Source: Takakia lepidozioides
Lineage: Eukaryota > Plantae > Bryophyta
Direction: 5' to 3'
DNA length: 64,000 nucleotides
Assembly (NCBI GenBank): GCA_030704615.1
Contig: CM060732.1
Location: forward strand, 36,022,001 to 36,086,000
Shown: piece after piece, positions 50,004-64,000 of the stretch
Numbering within the stretch: the stretch's first letter is position 1
Layout: the number at the start of each line of letters is the position of its first letter
The notes under the pieces: model-generated
What the model was told of the DNA's origin: nothing
What the model saw: the letters and a program-made list of their open reading frames with translations, nothing else
Database searches by the model: none
Translations under genes and position numbers: made by a program

Positions 50004-53000
50004 ATGGCAGGTGTACTTGGGATGAACACGGTGAATTCAGGGTGGATCTCGGGCAGTTGGGTCGCACCCAGTCACAGAGGAAATGTGGAGAATCTTCATG
50101 GATCCGTTCATTTCAATCCTCATCTGCAAACAAGCCATCGCTGCAGTTGTAGATGGAAGAATCGATTAGATAAAAATGGTGGATTTGACAAGCTGGCTCG
50201 AGCTTCGGCCGTGTACAGGAGGTGAGATAGTCCTACCGACGGTCTTGTCCTTCTTGTCCAAATCACTGCAAGTGTTCGTGTATTTGTGTGTCGAATGCAA
50301 TCAATAATGTGGGCTCTTCTGTGTGGTATACGACAAATTTGCTCCATTGTCAGCTCCATTTAAACTTCTACACGCTTTCACGGGGATTTAAATCAGTCAC
50401 TTGGGCCCATTGGGTAGGTTGTAGTTTTCAATCCCTCCTAATTGTGTAGTAGTCCTTCGCGCAATAAAGTGAAGGTGGAGGCAGTTCATAGAGATTTGCG
50501 ATAACTCGGGTTATCAGAGAAGCCACGTCCAATCGGGCTGGTTGCAATTAGCGCCTGCGTTAGAGAGAGGGATAAGCATTTATAAAACATTGGAAGCGCT
50601 GCCCCCTCCTTGATTGTTGCGGCCTTGGGTTCCCCGGTGATTAGTTTGTTTCCTCCTGCCAATAGTCTCAGTTTACTCAATAAAATGCAGCGAGTGAAAG
50701 AGTTCATGTTGGTGAGATTGAACCATTGAATAGTGTAGTTTAATCTTGGAGCTGGATAAATTGGGTGGGCAAGCCAGAATTTCTTCTGCTGGAATTGGCT
50801 AACATGTAGGTTGAATTGGGCTGTTGCAATGTTGTCGCCATGGGGGACAGGCTTGCTGTATGGAGAAGAGATTGGTGGTGGAGCAAAGCTATCCTGCATT
50901 CATGGATACAGGTAGGTAATTAAGCTTGCATTTCCAAAGATAAGCTGTTTGAATGAAGTTCCAAAAGATCGTGTCGTATTCAATGAATTAACAAGAGACT
51001 GCAGGTCTTCAAGTATAACCGCAAGTGACCTTTCCATTGTATATGGATGAGTAACTGACAGTTCCAGATGAGGGATTTTCACAATAAGAGACTTCCGGGA
51101 GTGAGACATATTTATGTCAATGTTCCAGACTTCAAGTTCATTGAAGCATCTTATGCATCACATACATACTCAAATGGTTTGATGGAAGAGCTGTAATAGA
51201 CTGATTCAATTGGACCTTACATTGGAAGGATGCACATTGCCCAAAAAGTACCTGTCACAATCTGGGAAGTTTCCATAAATTCAAGAGCATTCAAATTTTT
51301 CTAAACACCTCTTCAAACAGGATCGCAACAAGAGGGGGGTTCACCCTGCTAAAAACCACACAAACACCTTGGGCAGCTTTCTCTCTTCATTTTCCCATGG
51401 TCTAGTACCCCTGGTTTGCTACCCACGTGCTTGGTGATTCTGCACACACCCAATAGAATTTAAGCAAAGTTGCACGATTGCTTTTCAGGTGGATTCAGTG
51501 TCTGATAAATACTCTACTGTTTAAGCAGGACAAGAAATGTGGGGAAATGCAACTACTTCCACTTTCCACAGCGTGGGGCCTTGGCAGCCTTCTGCAGGGC
51601 AATCAAGAGCATCTCAGGGGAGGGACTACAGAGAGCCAGTCTGGATGTGCTAAGGACTTTGGAGACGAACCATCCATTGATGCTGTAGATCGCTTAAAAC
51701 AGCAGCTTGGGCAAGGAGTAGAGATACTATCAGAGAGACAAAACGTGGCTAAGCAGCAGGCAATATGGGTTGGTAGGAACCCTCTGATTGTTGCCTTGCT
51801 CTCACTTGCCCTGTCTATGCATTTAGCATCCCCTGGTTTTGCTGTGGATGGTGTGCTGGCCAATGAAGTCCCTTCAGACAATCAAGCTCAGCTCCAGGGC
51901 ACGAAACCTACCATGCAATCTTCTCAGGTTCTAATTCATGCGAGCGTTTCAGCTCCCACTCTGGCTTTTGTGACTGAACCGATCAAATGGGACCCTGGAG
52001 ATTTCCTGATGCACACAGCATCCTCAGCAGGTTTCATGAACAGCTTCATTTCTACTCCAAATTCACAGGCAATCCTGTCCAGTGGTTTCAAAGGAGGCGA
52101 AATCTTTCAATTTGCAAATAGTGGCTGTGTATGTGAGGAGACATATGGGATCTTGCCATGCTCTGTCAGTGTGGGGGGTAACTTGTTCTTGATGGTGGTC
52201 TATGGTTTTCTGCTCCTCATTGCTGCCAAACTCATTTCTGACGGAAGTGAGCTTCTGCTTGAGGTTAGAGCCGTCACACTTTCCTATGGCAGTCTGCTGT
52301 TGGATCTCCAGGCACTGAAATCTAAGCGTTTTGTAGCTTTTTTAGTGAGTGATTCTCTTCTTTTCAGCTTCTTGTTGAAGAGCGAGCCAGGTTATAGCAT
52401 GCTGTGGAAAGAGCTGGGCTCTCAAACCTATAGTGCTGTGGTTTGAAGGTGATGGATCCAGGGTTGCTGGGAGGGCTGCTCCTCCCCATCCTAGGAGCCT
52501 TTCCGGATTCCCTTTTGATCCTGGTGTCAGGCACTGGGGGCTCTGTCCAGCAGGTCAGCTGACCATCTTTGCCAATTTTCGTCTGCTCTCAGTTAGAAGC
52601 ATGTGGATTGCAGGAGAGAGCACAAATGAGAGAGGAGAGGTGCCTTGACAGTGGGACTGACACAGCTGTAGGGGGAACCATTTTCACCTCTGCAGATCCT
52701 TGGCTTGATTGCTACTATGGGATATGGAGCTTTTGGTGGTGTGTATATAGACAGAAAGGGTTCCTTAGAGTGGTGCGCACATGAGTATTGAAGAAGTTCA
52801 AGAATTATTGGTGAGGGAATTTGCGCCTGCAGGCGCAAGAGGAGGTGATGGTGGGGGTGGGAGTGCTGGCAGGGTCAAGTGTGATGCTGCTCACAGTTGC
52901 TTGGGCGGGCTCGCTGCTAGCAGGCCGCTGTGACTTGTCTGGTCCCTCTGGCACTGCGTCCGACCTCACTCTCACTCAAGGCCTTGACCTGTTCGGGACA

Positions 53001-56000
53001 GGTGTCACTACTGATGAGCAGACCAGGTCCTTAAATCCTTCTCAGTTCTGGACAACGAGAAAATGTGGAAGCCTGTACAGTTGTGAATAGAGATGGTTTT
53101 GCTGCATAGGCTGATTGTGGGATTTTTAAGTGATGTCGTACCATGGAGATAACATCTGTGTCAGTAATTGCAGTGATGGTGTTCATCAGCCATTTTTCCC
53201 CTCCCCCCATAGTATTTCATGTGACTGAAACAAGTTCAGTCTTTGACTCGGTTTCTTGTTAAGGACATGGGGTGTCCAGAGTGGGGGCATGGATAATGAT
53301 GGTATCAACACTCCCATTCATCTTTGCGCAACTACCCCTGCTGCCAGGCCATTTTGCTGAGGGCTCTCAAGCTGCCCTTGCTGGCTGTCTTGTTGCCTCT
53401 CTCGGTCTACTGACCTACTGCACTTACCAAGTAATGACCACTTCCAAATGAAACATTCACCCATGTTACAAAGTTTCTTTCTTTCTGTGTGCTGTTTTTT
53501 CTTTGTGTTGTGTTGTTCTAGTCGTTTCTAGCTATCTCTCTCTCTTTATCGTGCTTATCCTGTTACCACTTGGTGTGATCTCCTGTCTTTTTCCAATTGA
53601 ATCTCTAAGCAGAGGTGTTTGTATCCTTGTGGCTCTGTTATCGGTCTCATTTCTTGCTTGTCTAATCACTGCAAAATTCCGGTTCATCTTGTGAGAGCAG
53701 GTGGCATCGCCGTGGTTACAGGAGAAGCTGATAGAAGAGGCACGGCTGCAATTCTTTAGGTCCAGGGTGCTGCAACGTATCTCCTCCTTTTCGGCTAATA
53801 CTATGCATCGCCCTAAGCTCCTCTTGCAGGTCATTCTTATCTTCCACCACTGCATGCCAGGAATCTCCAGTCCCATTTCACCATTCTTCTATTATACGAA
53901 TGTCTTAAGCTTCTGTACTCACCAATATACACAAGACAGACAATGCCGGGTAGTCTGCTAGCAAAATGGGTCGAACAGTCTATGTACAACAAGACAAGCA
54001 TGATCAGGAAGCTGTAGTTATAGTAGGACTGCAAAAAAATTGACCAAGACTCATGTGTGGTGAGTACAGGGGAAAACACGGGGGCTGTCATCAGAGCTTA
54101 TAAAGGACCTATTTGTAACTTTCGATAAGAACAAGGATGGTAAGATCGAGCAGGAGGAGCTGAGAGGTCTGATCATCAGCCTGGGCCTAGAAGAAGCTGG
54201 GTGGGTACTATCTACACCTCACCTGGTGTCCAGAGCTAGGCATGATAAATGCAGTTGGGCATGTCACTTGCACTTCTCAGCATTGCGAACAATTTGGCTG
54301 TCTCTACACCCTTATCAGCTGATCAACGGGTGAAAAACAAACATCTTTGTGGTATCCCCACCTGACCAATCAAAATCTCTACTGAAAATCATGGCATACA
54401 ACCATGTGTCCAAATAGACTGTACAGTATGTATGTTTGTCTACATTGCGCAAACGATGTGTTTGTAGCCCCTATTGTACCTGATGTTAAAGAGGGGGGGA
54501 CACAGCTATGTGCCAGCGGAGAACCAGGTGGAGACATGGCTGCATGAATTTGATGTAAATGTGGACGGAACGCTTTCCGAGCAGGAGTTTGTAACTGGCA
54601 TCACCAAATGGGCACAGCGGGTTGCCCGAGAGAGTCGCTCGCGCAAAGTACAGCTGATTAGCTCGTTGGGAGCCAGTGACCCTGACTTTTGGGCCTCAAA
54701 GTCCAATGAAGCTAAGGAGGTAGGTTTTATAATCTCATGCAACCTGTACTTCCCCGATACCCTCTCTGTTTCCCAGATAGAAGTAGATCTGAGATTTCCA
54801 GCGGAGTTACCAGTAGACTCCTTTTATTCCTTGGATTGTGTGAACAGTAAGTTTTTGATAAAACTGCAAACTGGTATGGAACTGTCTTCCTTGGTGAGGG
54901 AAGGGAACATCTGACAGCAGACCTTTAACAGGTGCTGGAGCTGTTGGAGGCTGAGACTGGTAATTCCAGAGAAGGGCCAGAGGTCAATGACACTGTAGAA
55001 CCCAATGAGTTGGACTCTAAGAAAATATACAAAAAAGCTGCCGTGTATCTTGCCGCTGGGGCAGCAATTGCTGCAGTGTTTGCAGACCCAGTGGTGGGCA
55101 GCATAGGGGGATTCTCTGCAGCCTCTGGCATACCACCATTCTTTGTGGCCTTTGTTGTAACCCCACTTGCCTCAAACGCAAGTGAACTGTTTTCCAGCAT
55201 AACATTTGCAAGGAAGCAGCGTAAACGCAACATCTCTCTGACTTTCTCCCAGGTTTATGGTGCTATCACCATGAACAACACACTGTATGTCATCTCTCTT
55301 TCTGTTTGTTTTATTTCTTTATCTGTTATGCACACTTTGGGCTTCCTGTGAATTCTATGAAGTTCCTCTATTTCTTTCTCTTTCCTCCCGTGTGGGTGGA
55401 ATTCAGAGATCTTTAGGAGATTTTAATTTGAGCGATTCTTCTCCAATAAGTCCAGGGCAGTAAACTACATTTGTGAACTTTCAGCTCTCCCTAATCATTG
55501 AGCTACCAATGTAGCATTGATCACCTGGTGCACAAGGGATGATAACTGGGGAACTCATGGTTAAGCGATTGGGTAGTGAATGAAAGGATGGGTGCTGATC
55601 ACATGATGACAGAGACCTGCAGCCAAGCATGGAGGGGTGATGTAATGTGGTTGTTTGATGCATATGCTTGCTATTCCCTACAGGTGTCTCGCCATATTTT
55701 TGGGCCTGGTGTATTTGCGTGGTCTCACTTGGGACTTCTCTAGCGAGGTACTTGTGTGGTGCATTGATGGATGGTCTTTTACAACATGTGCATCTCACTC
55801 ACTGTCCTTTCCCCAGTTCCTTATTACTTTCTTTCTTTGAAAACGACCGAAGTAACGAATTGACTGAACCTGCCAAGGACGAAATTCAGAATCTCATTGA
55901 AGGTAAAGAACCTTAGAGAAAGTGAAGTCCTATTGGCCTGGCTGACTGTCATGATTGCCACCATCATTTTTGTTTCTCAAAGTGGTTCTGTTTGCAGGAT

Positions 56001-56274
56001 AGACCTAATCTGCAGAATCTTGACTAGTTGATGTTTGGACAGCATTTGTAACTATCTCTGGAGTGGTGTCAGTAAGTTAGAACATTTCCATTATGCATGA
56101 TTGGGGGATGGATGGTTGCAGGTGACAGTCATATTGGTCTGCACATTTGCGGTTGGCCTTCTAGCGGGATCAAGAAGCACGTTTCCAACATGGACAGCAA
56201 TCCCAGTGCTGGCATTGTATCCCATGGCTGTTGCTGGGGTAGCTGTGCTGGACAATGTGCTGGGCTGGCATTGA
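50004..56274 (+). CDS. NCL: Sodium/calcium exchanger NCL (EF-CAX) with long N-terminal extension; exons 50004-50221, 51489-52263, 52449-52553, 52833-53026, 53280-53430, 53701-53829, ~54069-54200, 54506-54719, 54932-55284, 55684-55747, 56122-56274
   Basis: CEETYGILPC...GNLFL..VYG, SDGSELLLE, GGLLLPILGAFPD, VGVGVLAGSSVMLLT; two EF-hands (DKNKDGKIEQEEL, DVNVDGTLSEQEF); FVVTPLASNASE; SQVYGAITMNNTLCL; RGLTWDFSSEV. First exon inferred from an in-frame splice only. Confidence 0.92.
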
Positions 56275-58534
56275 AGGATAACCTTTCATTGTTGTCATGT
56301 GTAAGTGTCCGTGTTTTCGTTATGACTCCCCCAATCAACTTCATTATTCACCACCCAGAGCATGTCCACACTGAATGAAGTACACAGAATGCCTGAGATT
56401 TTGGGTGCTGAATTTTACACAATGAGAATGATCACCTTCTCAGAGAGGATTATATTTTGTGTCAAATGGGTGATGTGAGTTTGTGCTGCTCGCTAGGCTG
56501 GTGCACTAGCACGGCATTAGCCAAGTATATCATCCAAGCAGGGTGCTCCGGGTGGGTGTCAGACCAGAGGAAAAGGAGAAAAATTACAGCCGTGGTCCCT
56601 GTTTGAGCTGAGAGTTAATGTGGTTGTTGAAAGCAGTACACAAGGTAGATAAGAAAACCTTGGGTCTTTGAATATCTAGACTACAGGCCAGCAAACTGCA
56701 GATTCGAAGATGGGACTGGAAAAATATGATTACTCCAAGCATGGAAATGATCTTCTTCTCATCTCAGTCTATGGTCCACATGCTCATGAGAAATGCACAA
56801 TTGACAGAATGAGGGTTGCCCTGTGTGCATCATTGCAGGTGCACCTTAGCCTCAAATTTATGCAATTGCATCCACTTGCCTTTCTCTGTGCAAAAGATGA
56901 GACTGAAAGTATATATCAGATCCCGAGGGAAGGTCTCAAACCAAGCAACACACATCACTCGGATAGTACTGTAGATGGTCCTCTGCCTGACCTTAAAAGT
57001 CAGTTAAAACCTCAGTTTCCACTCAGACGGAGATTCACTGGGATATTTTCTCTGACCCCACAGCGCCACTTATTTATGCACATTGACATGCACGTCGGCC
57101 GGAATCACATTCTTCTTATTTAATTGTAAGTGTAGGTACTCACTGATTCAACTAGAACCAGGAATTCTTGTCACATTGCCAGGTTTGTCAAACACTCACA
57201 GTGAGAGTCAGTTTTGCGGAGCCTACCCACAAGCCAACACACAATCGATCCTTTGATGCCTGTTGTCCCAAACAACAATCACATATATACATGGTCCCCT
57301 CCCAAAGCTTAATAAGACTCTTTCAAGTCACCGATTGACCCAGTGACCTCTACTTTACTGCTGGGTTGGCTATCCCTCAGACACTTGTGGGGGATCTAAG
57401 TAAGGTTTTGGGTAGTCGTGGCTCTGTGCACGATGGTGCAGGACATCGTGGCTTTGTGCTCTTCCTCGTTGAATTCGTGGGCTGCCCTGTGCACGTCTGT
57501 CGCATTGGCTTTCACTTCCTTGAGCATGTTCACTTGCTAATAAGCCCGAACAGGGTGCACAAAGAAGCAACCTAATCACATAATTAGCGCAAATTTTCCC
57601 GCCGTCAATCTCGCGTTTCTTTGCTTTGCTTACGTCCTGGTCGAGTCTTGGTATTTTCTGGTGCATTTCTTTAAGCGCGTCTCCTGAAGAGCACCGAGAA
57701 GGAGCGATGCAAGGATTGCAGATTGTGTCTCCTCCCTCCTCTGCTCCAGGCGTGTGCAAGATCGCCGTTTCGTCCTTACTTGAGAACTGAGGTTGGGGTT
57801 TTAGTGCCTTGATTCTGTGTGAGATCATTGTCTGATGTAGTTTGGCATTCTGGGTTTTGGCTTGCCACCTCTCACCGTGTCCCTCGTGTATAGTTACGTG
57901 CATTCAAACTCTTAGATAGCGTTGTAGGTTCAGATATGGGTATAAACCTTTTTGTGGGTGGCTTCGCTTGGTAAGTTGATCGGCTTTTAAACGTCTCTAT
58001 CTGGAGGCTCATGTTCACTTCTCTGTGATGTCGCAATATGCACGCAAGTTGTTTTTTTGAGGTGAGTCGGCCGTATACACTTCGAGGGTGCGTCCCACGG
58101 GGCCAGCCTTGAGTACGTGATTTACACACTGGAGTCGATTCCGTGACTGTCATAATATATTCTTTCCTAAACTGCGTGTCACAGCTCGAGCACCTACATT
58201 ATGTGTTGTCAGCCAGAATTGCCTTCCTTCCCACTTATCTTATAATCATGGGCATTTTGCAGCTGCAGTCACACTCAAACAGTACTGCCCGTTCAAGTCT
58301 GTGAGCTGTTACATCTTCCAAGTTGCGGCTTCCACTTTGGCTTCCTCCTCAAGGCATTCCCAGCGTTTTTTAGCAGCTTCAGCCGCAGTGTAGCTCTTTG
58401 GCCCCTTTTCTTCCTTCTCCCTTGGGGGCATATTTCGATATATGGCGGTCCTCCCCTTTTGTTGATCCTTCGAAGAAAGGAGAAGTGGTTTCCGATCCCT
58501 CCAAGTAGTTGTCTCGCGAAGTGACTGAGGAGCA

Positions 58535-61500
58535 ATGACAGAGGGACCGGGCCTTCAGCTTGGAACAGTGGGAGCATTGAGCTTGTCAGTGATATCATCT
58601 GTTGCCATTGTCATTTGCAACAAGGCTCTCATCAGCACTCTTGCATTCTGTTTTGGTACTCACACATCCATAGCTGCTTTTCTCCCCCACCTCTTCTTTT
58701 GTCCTGACTTGCCTTTGATCCAGATAGTTATAGTGAACTGCCGACCCTTTTCTTGCACAACACCTTACGAATCAGGTCTGGTTTCCTCTGGAAGTATACT
58801 GACAAACTCTCGTATGAGCTTCTCAGCTGTTTACCCATCTCCTGAGCAATGCAGTTCTTTAAGGAAAGGGCTGATTGCTAGGCTGAAGATTTGACTATAT
58901 AAAGCCATCTCTTGGGGTGCATTTTACTTGTTTGATCCATCTACAAGTATTTGTCGGTGGCAAGCTGTAGGAGAAGGATCGACTGGGGATGTCTTACTCG
59001 TCACATTCATGATACCCAGGAAATGCACCCATGTCTTCAAGTCGTTCTGATGGCTTTAGATCTGTTCTCATAGAGTTTTGCAAATAAGATTTTACACCTG
59101 GAAACGGAAGGCAGTTTGAATGCCTGTTGGTACTCCTGTTTGGTAAGATTCAGCTTAATGCAACTATGGGGCAATGCCAAAAGAAGAAACAAAGAGCTGA
59201 ACACTAAAGCTGATAATGAGTGATAGGATTTGGCAAAGCTGGTACAGATGTTATTTGCTAATGCAAAACCAGTTATTACTGCTCCTGCATGAAAAGCACT
59301 GCCAGTAAGTTTTTTAATGAAAAAGTGAACACAATTTTCTGCCACCTCTTCGAGAATGTGAAGCTGGAATGTTTTGACTGCAGTGTCTGCAAAGCTAGGA
59401 ATGATATGGGAAACGAGACTGTATCTCTCACGGCCATTAACAGAATGTACTAATGCCGTTGCCTGTGAACGTTGGCTTGCCATAGCCTTGAGGCCATGGA
59501 CCAATGGGAAACTTACCCTCCTGGAGCCTGGAGCCTTGTATGGGGTTCGGACCCACCAGGGTTTAGCTTATCCCCGCAGCTCAGCTGCAGGTATAAACTT
59601 ATTTTCCTGCATGTGCCATTAAGGCGCTCAAAGAGGCACTTGTCCGCGAGAGCCTGAAGTTATTGATTTTAGCTTTATAGCCCTGTGAAATGACATGCAT
59701 GGGGTCGGTCACTCTGGGTTGTGTGCAGGGCAACACGGCTATTAACAGATTAGGTCAGCTGTTTGGAGGTCAGAAAGTGAGCAGACTAAGGTTAACACTA
59801 CTTCGCATGCGCATATAAGCATGTTCATGCCTGTCCTTGCCACCCCGTTTAAGAGAACATTGTTCTTCAAGCAGCTTCTCTCCCCAGAGTTTCAAGGCTT
59901 TGGAGCTTGGCTCACTTGCATAGTTCTGCACTGAGTAGAACTGGAGTGGTTACACTGACATGGGAGAGACCGGTGGTGGTCTGGCAGCAGGGCATGATTC
60001 AGAATTTGGGCCACACAATGTTAGGATGCAGGCAGTGTCTGGGAGGTCCCAGAATGTTTCTAATTTTGATATTCTTAGCTCCCAAGAGATGGGAAATAAT
60101 ATCTGCGAACTGTTTTGTGCCAACCCTCCAGTGAACTACTCATGAAATCATTGCATTTCATGTTTAGTTTGCATTGTGGGGAGCTTCAGGACAAGAGGAA
60201 ATATTAGTGAGGTGGGCAAGTGGGTGTTGATGGGTGGGTTCATACTGTCAGTCAGACCCTGAAAATACCTCACCACTCTGTTTATCCTCTTTATTATAGG
60301 CTGAGCAAAGTCCACGAAATCTTAACGTATTAAGTGCGAAAAAAAGCTGGTGTATGATAATGGTATGGTTTCCACAGCGTCAGGGATCTATAGTTGCAGA
60401 GTCTACATCGTATAGTGTTTGTGGTGTGAGCACCAAATCAGCACACGTGGATTTTGTGCATCTATAGTGAATAGATGCTGAAAATCATCTTGCTCCATCC
60501 CGTGTTCAAACCCAATATGTTCCACAATCCAAGTGAAGATAGAACCCTCATAGCATGAAAGGGGAGGACCTGTTGACTGTTATATTCATGATGCTGAACA
60601 TGTACAGTAGAATTGATACCCCAGCTATGTGTGACCGTCTTTCTTGGATTAGTTTCTAATACAGGAAACGATAAAGACAGAAGACACTCAGTATCATCTG
60701 ATTGGATCTGACCTGTTGCCTGTGGGTCGCAGCCACAACATTGACTAGTTGGCATCTACTTGTTACATTCTGCTCACTCCATGTTGCACAATGGATCAAC
60801 CTCTTTGAACATAAGCCATTTGACTCACGCACTGTCATGGGCTTTGGCATTCTGAATGGCATCTCCATTGGTCTGCTGAATTTAAGCCTGGGTTTCAACT
60901 CCGTTGGTTTTTATCAGGTACAGGATCCTCTTGTTGGCATCAAGACATAGGGGGAAGTGTTATGCTGGAGTACTCAACTATTGAGTTGAATATTTGCTGC
61001 TATGCTGCATTCGTATTTTTTGTTTATACCTCTTGATGTTAAAAAACCTCTTTCTTGATAGCCACAAGTCTGATATCTTTGGGCTGAACTTGCAGATGAC
61101 AAAACTGGCAATTATCCCATGCACAGTGTTGCTTGAAACAGTTTTCCTCAGAAAGCAGTTCAGGTACTTCACACACGTGGCTACTTCGTCAGCATGCTCA
61201 GTTTGGATATGTGTAGCATGTTTGTTGGCCAAGTTCTAAATCTCTTTTCAAAGTCAAGCTGGGTCTGCATATCATTTGGACGCTCCCTTGAGAGGGACTG
61301 AGAATGCTACTTTTGCAACACCATATATTGTAGCCAAGGATAAGAGTTCTCGTGACTCCTTGTAGATGTCCCAATGCTCCCCAAGGCATGGCCTGACATT
61401 GAACTTCTTGGGTGCAGCCAGAGAATTCAGCTGTCCCTTGTGTTATTGCTGACCGGAGTGGGGATTGCGACCATCACTGATTTGGAACTCAACATTCTGG

Positions 61501-63005
61501 GCTCTGTTCTCTCATTGCTTGCCATTGTGACCACCTGTGTGGCACAGATAGTATCCTCTCATTTTTCCACCTCATTTGATTTTGCTTTGTGACTAGTGGA
61601 ATTAGCACAGGTGTGAAATAAACCCCCTTTTACATCTAGTAGCTTTTGTGGTAGTGAGGAATATGATGGATGCCGTTGGCAATATGTCAATAGTATGGAA
61701 GATGCTCTCTCTTTGTTTGCACTGGGTGACTGCATAGCAGAATTAGAATATCAGCTTAGTGTTTCATTCACTGTTGCCTTGTCATGAAGGAATCTCCCTT
61801 TAACTGGTCTCACCTCAGATGACTAACACCATCCAGAAACGGTTCAAAGTTTCTTCCACGCAGCTGCTATACCAGTCTTGCCCGTATCAGGCAACAACAT
61901 TGCTCGTCACAGGCCCATTTCTGGATGCTGCCTTGACGAAACAGAACGTCTTCGCTTTTGACTACACCTCTCATGTTGTGGTAAGCTTTTCCAGTATGGC
62001 TCAGGTCATACTCATTTACACTTCGGATACATGTTGCAGAACTTTGAAATGAGATTATTTTGAAAAGTTGGTTCTGTGGTCAATCTGTTGTTAAATTAGC
62101 TTCACAATGTAAGAGTCAGAATGACTATTCACTTGAGCATCAACTGAGAGTGGTAGTTGTCCAATAGCACAAGTTGGTGCATGTGAGGGTTGTGGTATCA
62201 AATGTTTCTTTGCTGGTTTTGTCTGTTTTCATGCAGTCTATGGTTGCTGGAGATGTGAGAGTTATTGCGAGGTCTGACATAGAGCTGGGCTTCTGGTTGG
62301 GGCTGGTTGCGCAGTTCTTCATTGTGTTGTCATGTATAATCTCAGTTTCTGTCAACTTCAGCACTTTCCTTGTCATTGGAAAGACATCAGCAGTGACTTA
62401 CCAAGTTTTGGGGCATCTGAAGACATGCCTGGTCTTGGCATTTGGATACATTCTCCTCAAGAATCCCTTCAGCTGGCGCAATGTATGTGGAATATTGGTT
62501 GCAGTGTTGGGGATGGGGCTCTACTCATATGCCTGCGTTTTGGAAAGCCAACAAAAGTCAAATGACAATACTGTCACATCGGCTCAGGTCGGTCACTCAG
62601 GGACCGAAGCTAGGAACTCCACTTAATGGGATGTAGGAATTTTTCCTTGCCTGGCGATCTTCCTTAGCATTTTTCATCCTAGCTTGGCCCATTTCTCTCC
62701 AAATGTCATGAAGGATGATTTGTGTACAAAACATCATGATGTGTATGCTGACAATTGAAGTAGTAACGAAGTTATGACCTGTACTACCTCCCAGTGATAG
62801 CTCAGTTGTGCACTGCCAATCTGATTGTGCTTAGACTTCCAAGGAACTGTGGGTGTTTTGAGGGCAGGTGCTCAAGGAGAAAGAGCTCACTGATCCATTG
62901 CTCGCTGTCGAAAATGGGGCAGCACAGATGCTAGCTGAGGATGTGGACAATACAGCGCAGTCACCCTGGACCAAGGGAAGTTCGGGTAAGGACCTGCGAG
63001 CTTGA
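58535..63005 (+). CDS. UXT: UDP-xylose transporter-like nucleotide-sugar transporter (NST-KT); exons 58535-58655, 60733-60917, 61096-61163, 61418-61550, 61819-61980, 62315-62587, 62868-63005
   Basis: QLGTVGALSLSVISSVAIVICNKAL; ATTLTSWHLLVTFCSLH; NLSLGFNSVGFYQMTKLAIIP; VSSTQLLYQSCPYQA; GKTSAVTYQVLGHLKTCLVL. Confidence 0.95.
61551..61818 (+). other. U12-type (minor spliceosome) GT-AG intron
   Basis: Donor GTATCCTCT; branch-like TCCCTTTAAC ~15 nt from the AG; no polypyrimidine tract. Confidence 0.8.
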
Positions 63006-64000
63006 TTACCACCGACCGACCAATTCTTTGAGTGCCTACCAGACCAGCCCTCATAGGCAGAGATCTGTAGGAGGTGCGCTATCTGGTGGGCCTAGAAAGC
63101 TATGGAGTGGCATGCTTGAGAGCAAAGCACAACTTGTGCCTCAAGTGTGAAGCGTTGTGGGATGAACAGGCTTGGGTAGATCTTAGAGCAGGTAGCCCTG
63201 AGAGGGTAGGGTAGGTTTATTTAACATAAGCTCTACTAATTTGTAGACTGAGGACTTGTAGCATATTATTTTTGAATCCAAAGTTTGGAAAGAAAAGCAT
63301 ACTTCTTAGTGGAAAGCATAATTATATGCAGACCTCTTGTTGTGGTCATTCCAGTCATGTGTAGCATTGCTTTGATGAACTAAGATAATCTTGTTTGCTG
63401 CAGCAGTTCTGACAAGCAATGACTTGCAGCACCGGTAACAAATCTGGGTGTCAACAGCCACTTCACATCGAGACTAGCTGAGACATTGCTTCAAACATAC
63501 TACAGGCCATTCGGTGACTGCTTCTGAAAGTGAACCTAGTGGCAGTCCAACTGTTTGAAAATTTAGAGGCCACTCAAAGCCATCTAGTTCAGGAAACTGC
63601 CACTGTTAAGGCTATGTGTAGCAACTTTTGGACTGTGCACTTCATAGCCTCTGTTGCTTACTTTGACGTTCCCAGTCCCCCAGGCACAGAAGGTGTAGCA
63701 GCTTTTTCTCCTTAACCTTCGCCTTGCTGTGGCCTTGCGGAGTTTGGATGAGGAGAGCGGAAAGGGTACACTACAATGACAGAAGCCTCACTCCAGCAGT
63801 GGGACTTAAACCTTTAGCATTAACTTATTCTGGTCTGCTTGATTATCTCAAGAAACCTCTGTACAAAAGCATCAATCTGCTGACCTTCGACTTCACACCT
63901 AAGGAGGGCCATAAGCCTTCTGAGCCCCAATCAAAGTGAAGAGAGGAGCTGTGATATCTGTTTGACACTTTCAAAGAGGTTCCCTCTTTCAGACAAATGC

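Overview
Plant nuclear DNA. A non-seed plant, probably a moss, is inferred from the many PLS/DYW RNA-editing PPR genes and the repeat types. The left ~44 kb is a rearranged PPR/transposon region containing: (1) an apparently intact PLS-PPR gene running off the left edge; (2) two inverted copies of a squalene synthase 5' fragment, one with an in-frame splice path into a disrupted PPR-DYW gene that is followed by orphan HAT/TPR exons; (3) several copies of an APE-RT LINE ending in (TC)n, one with a twin-priming 5' inversion; (4) a very young Galadriel-like chromovirus nested in another element's gag; (5) fragments of a Ty3/Gypsy family whose pol carries a DNMT3-like cytosine methyltransferase (motifs IV-X) just before RT and a PHD finger after integrase, the most notable item. 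The right ~20 kb is ordinary gene space: a penta-EF-hand gene, a variant U6 snRNA gene with intact promoter, an NCL Na+/Ca2+ exchanger with a long organelle-targeting-like N-terminus, and a UXT-type nucleotide-sugar transporter with a U12 intron. A tRNA-Ser gene lacking its anticodon loop lies at the boundary. Exon models and alignments were made by eye; no database searches were run.
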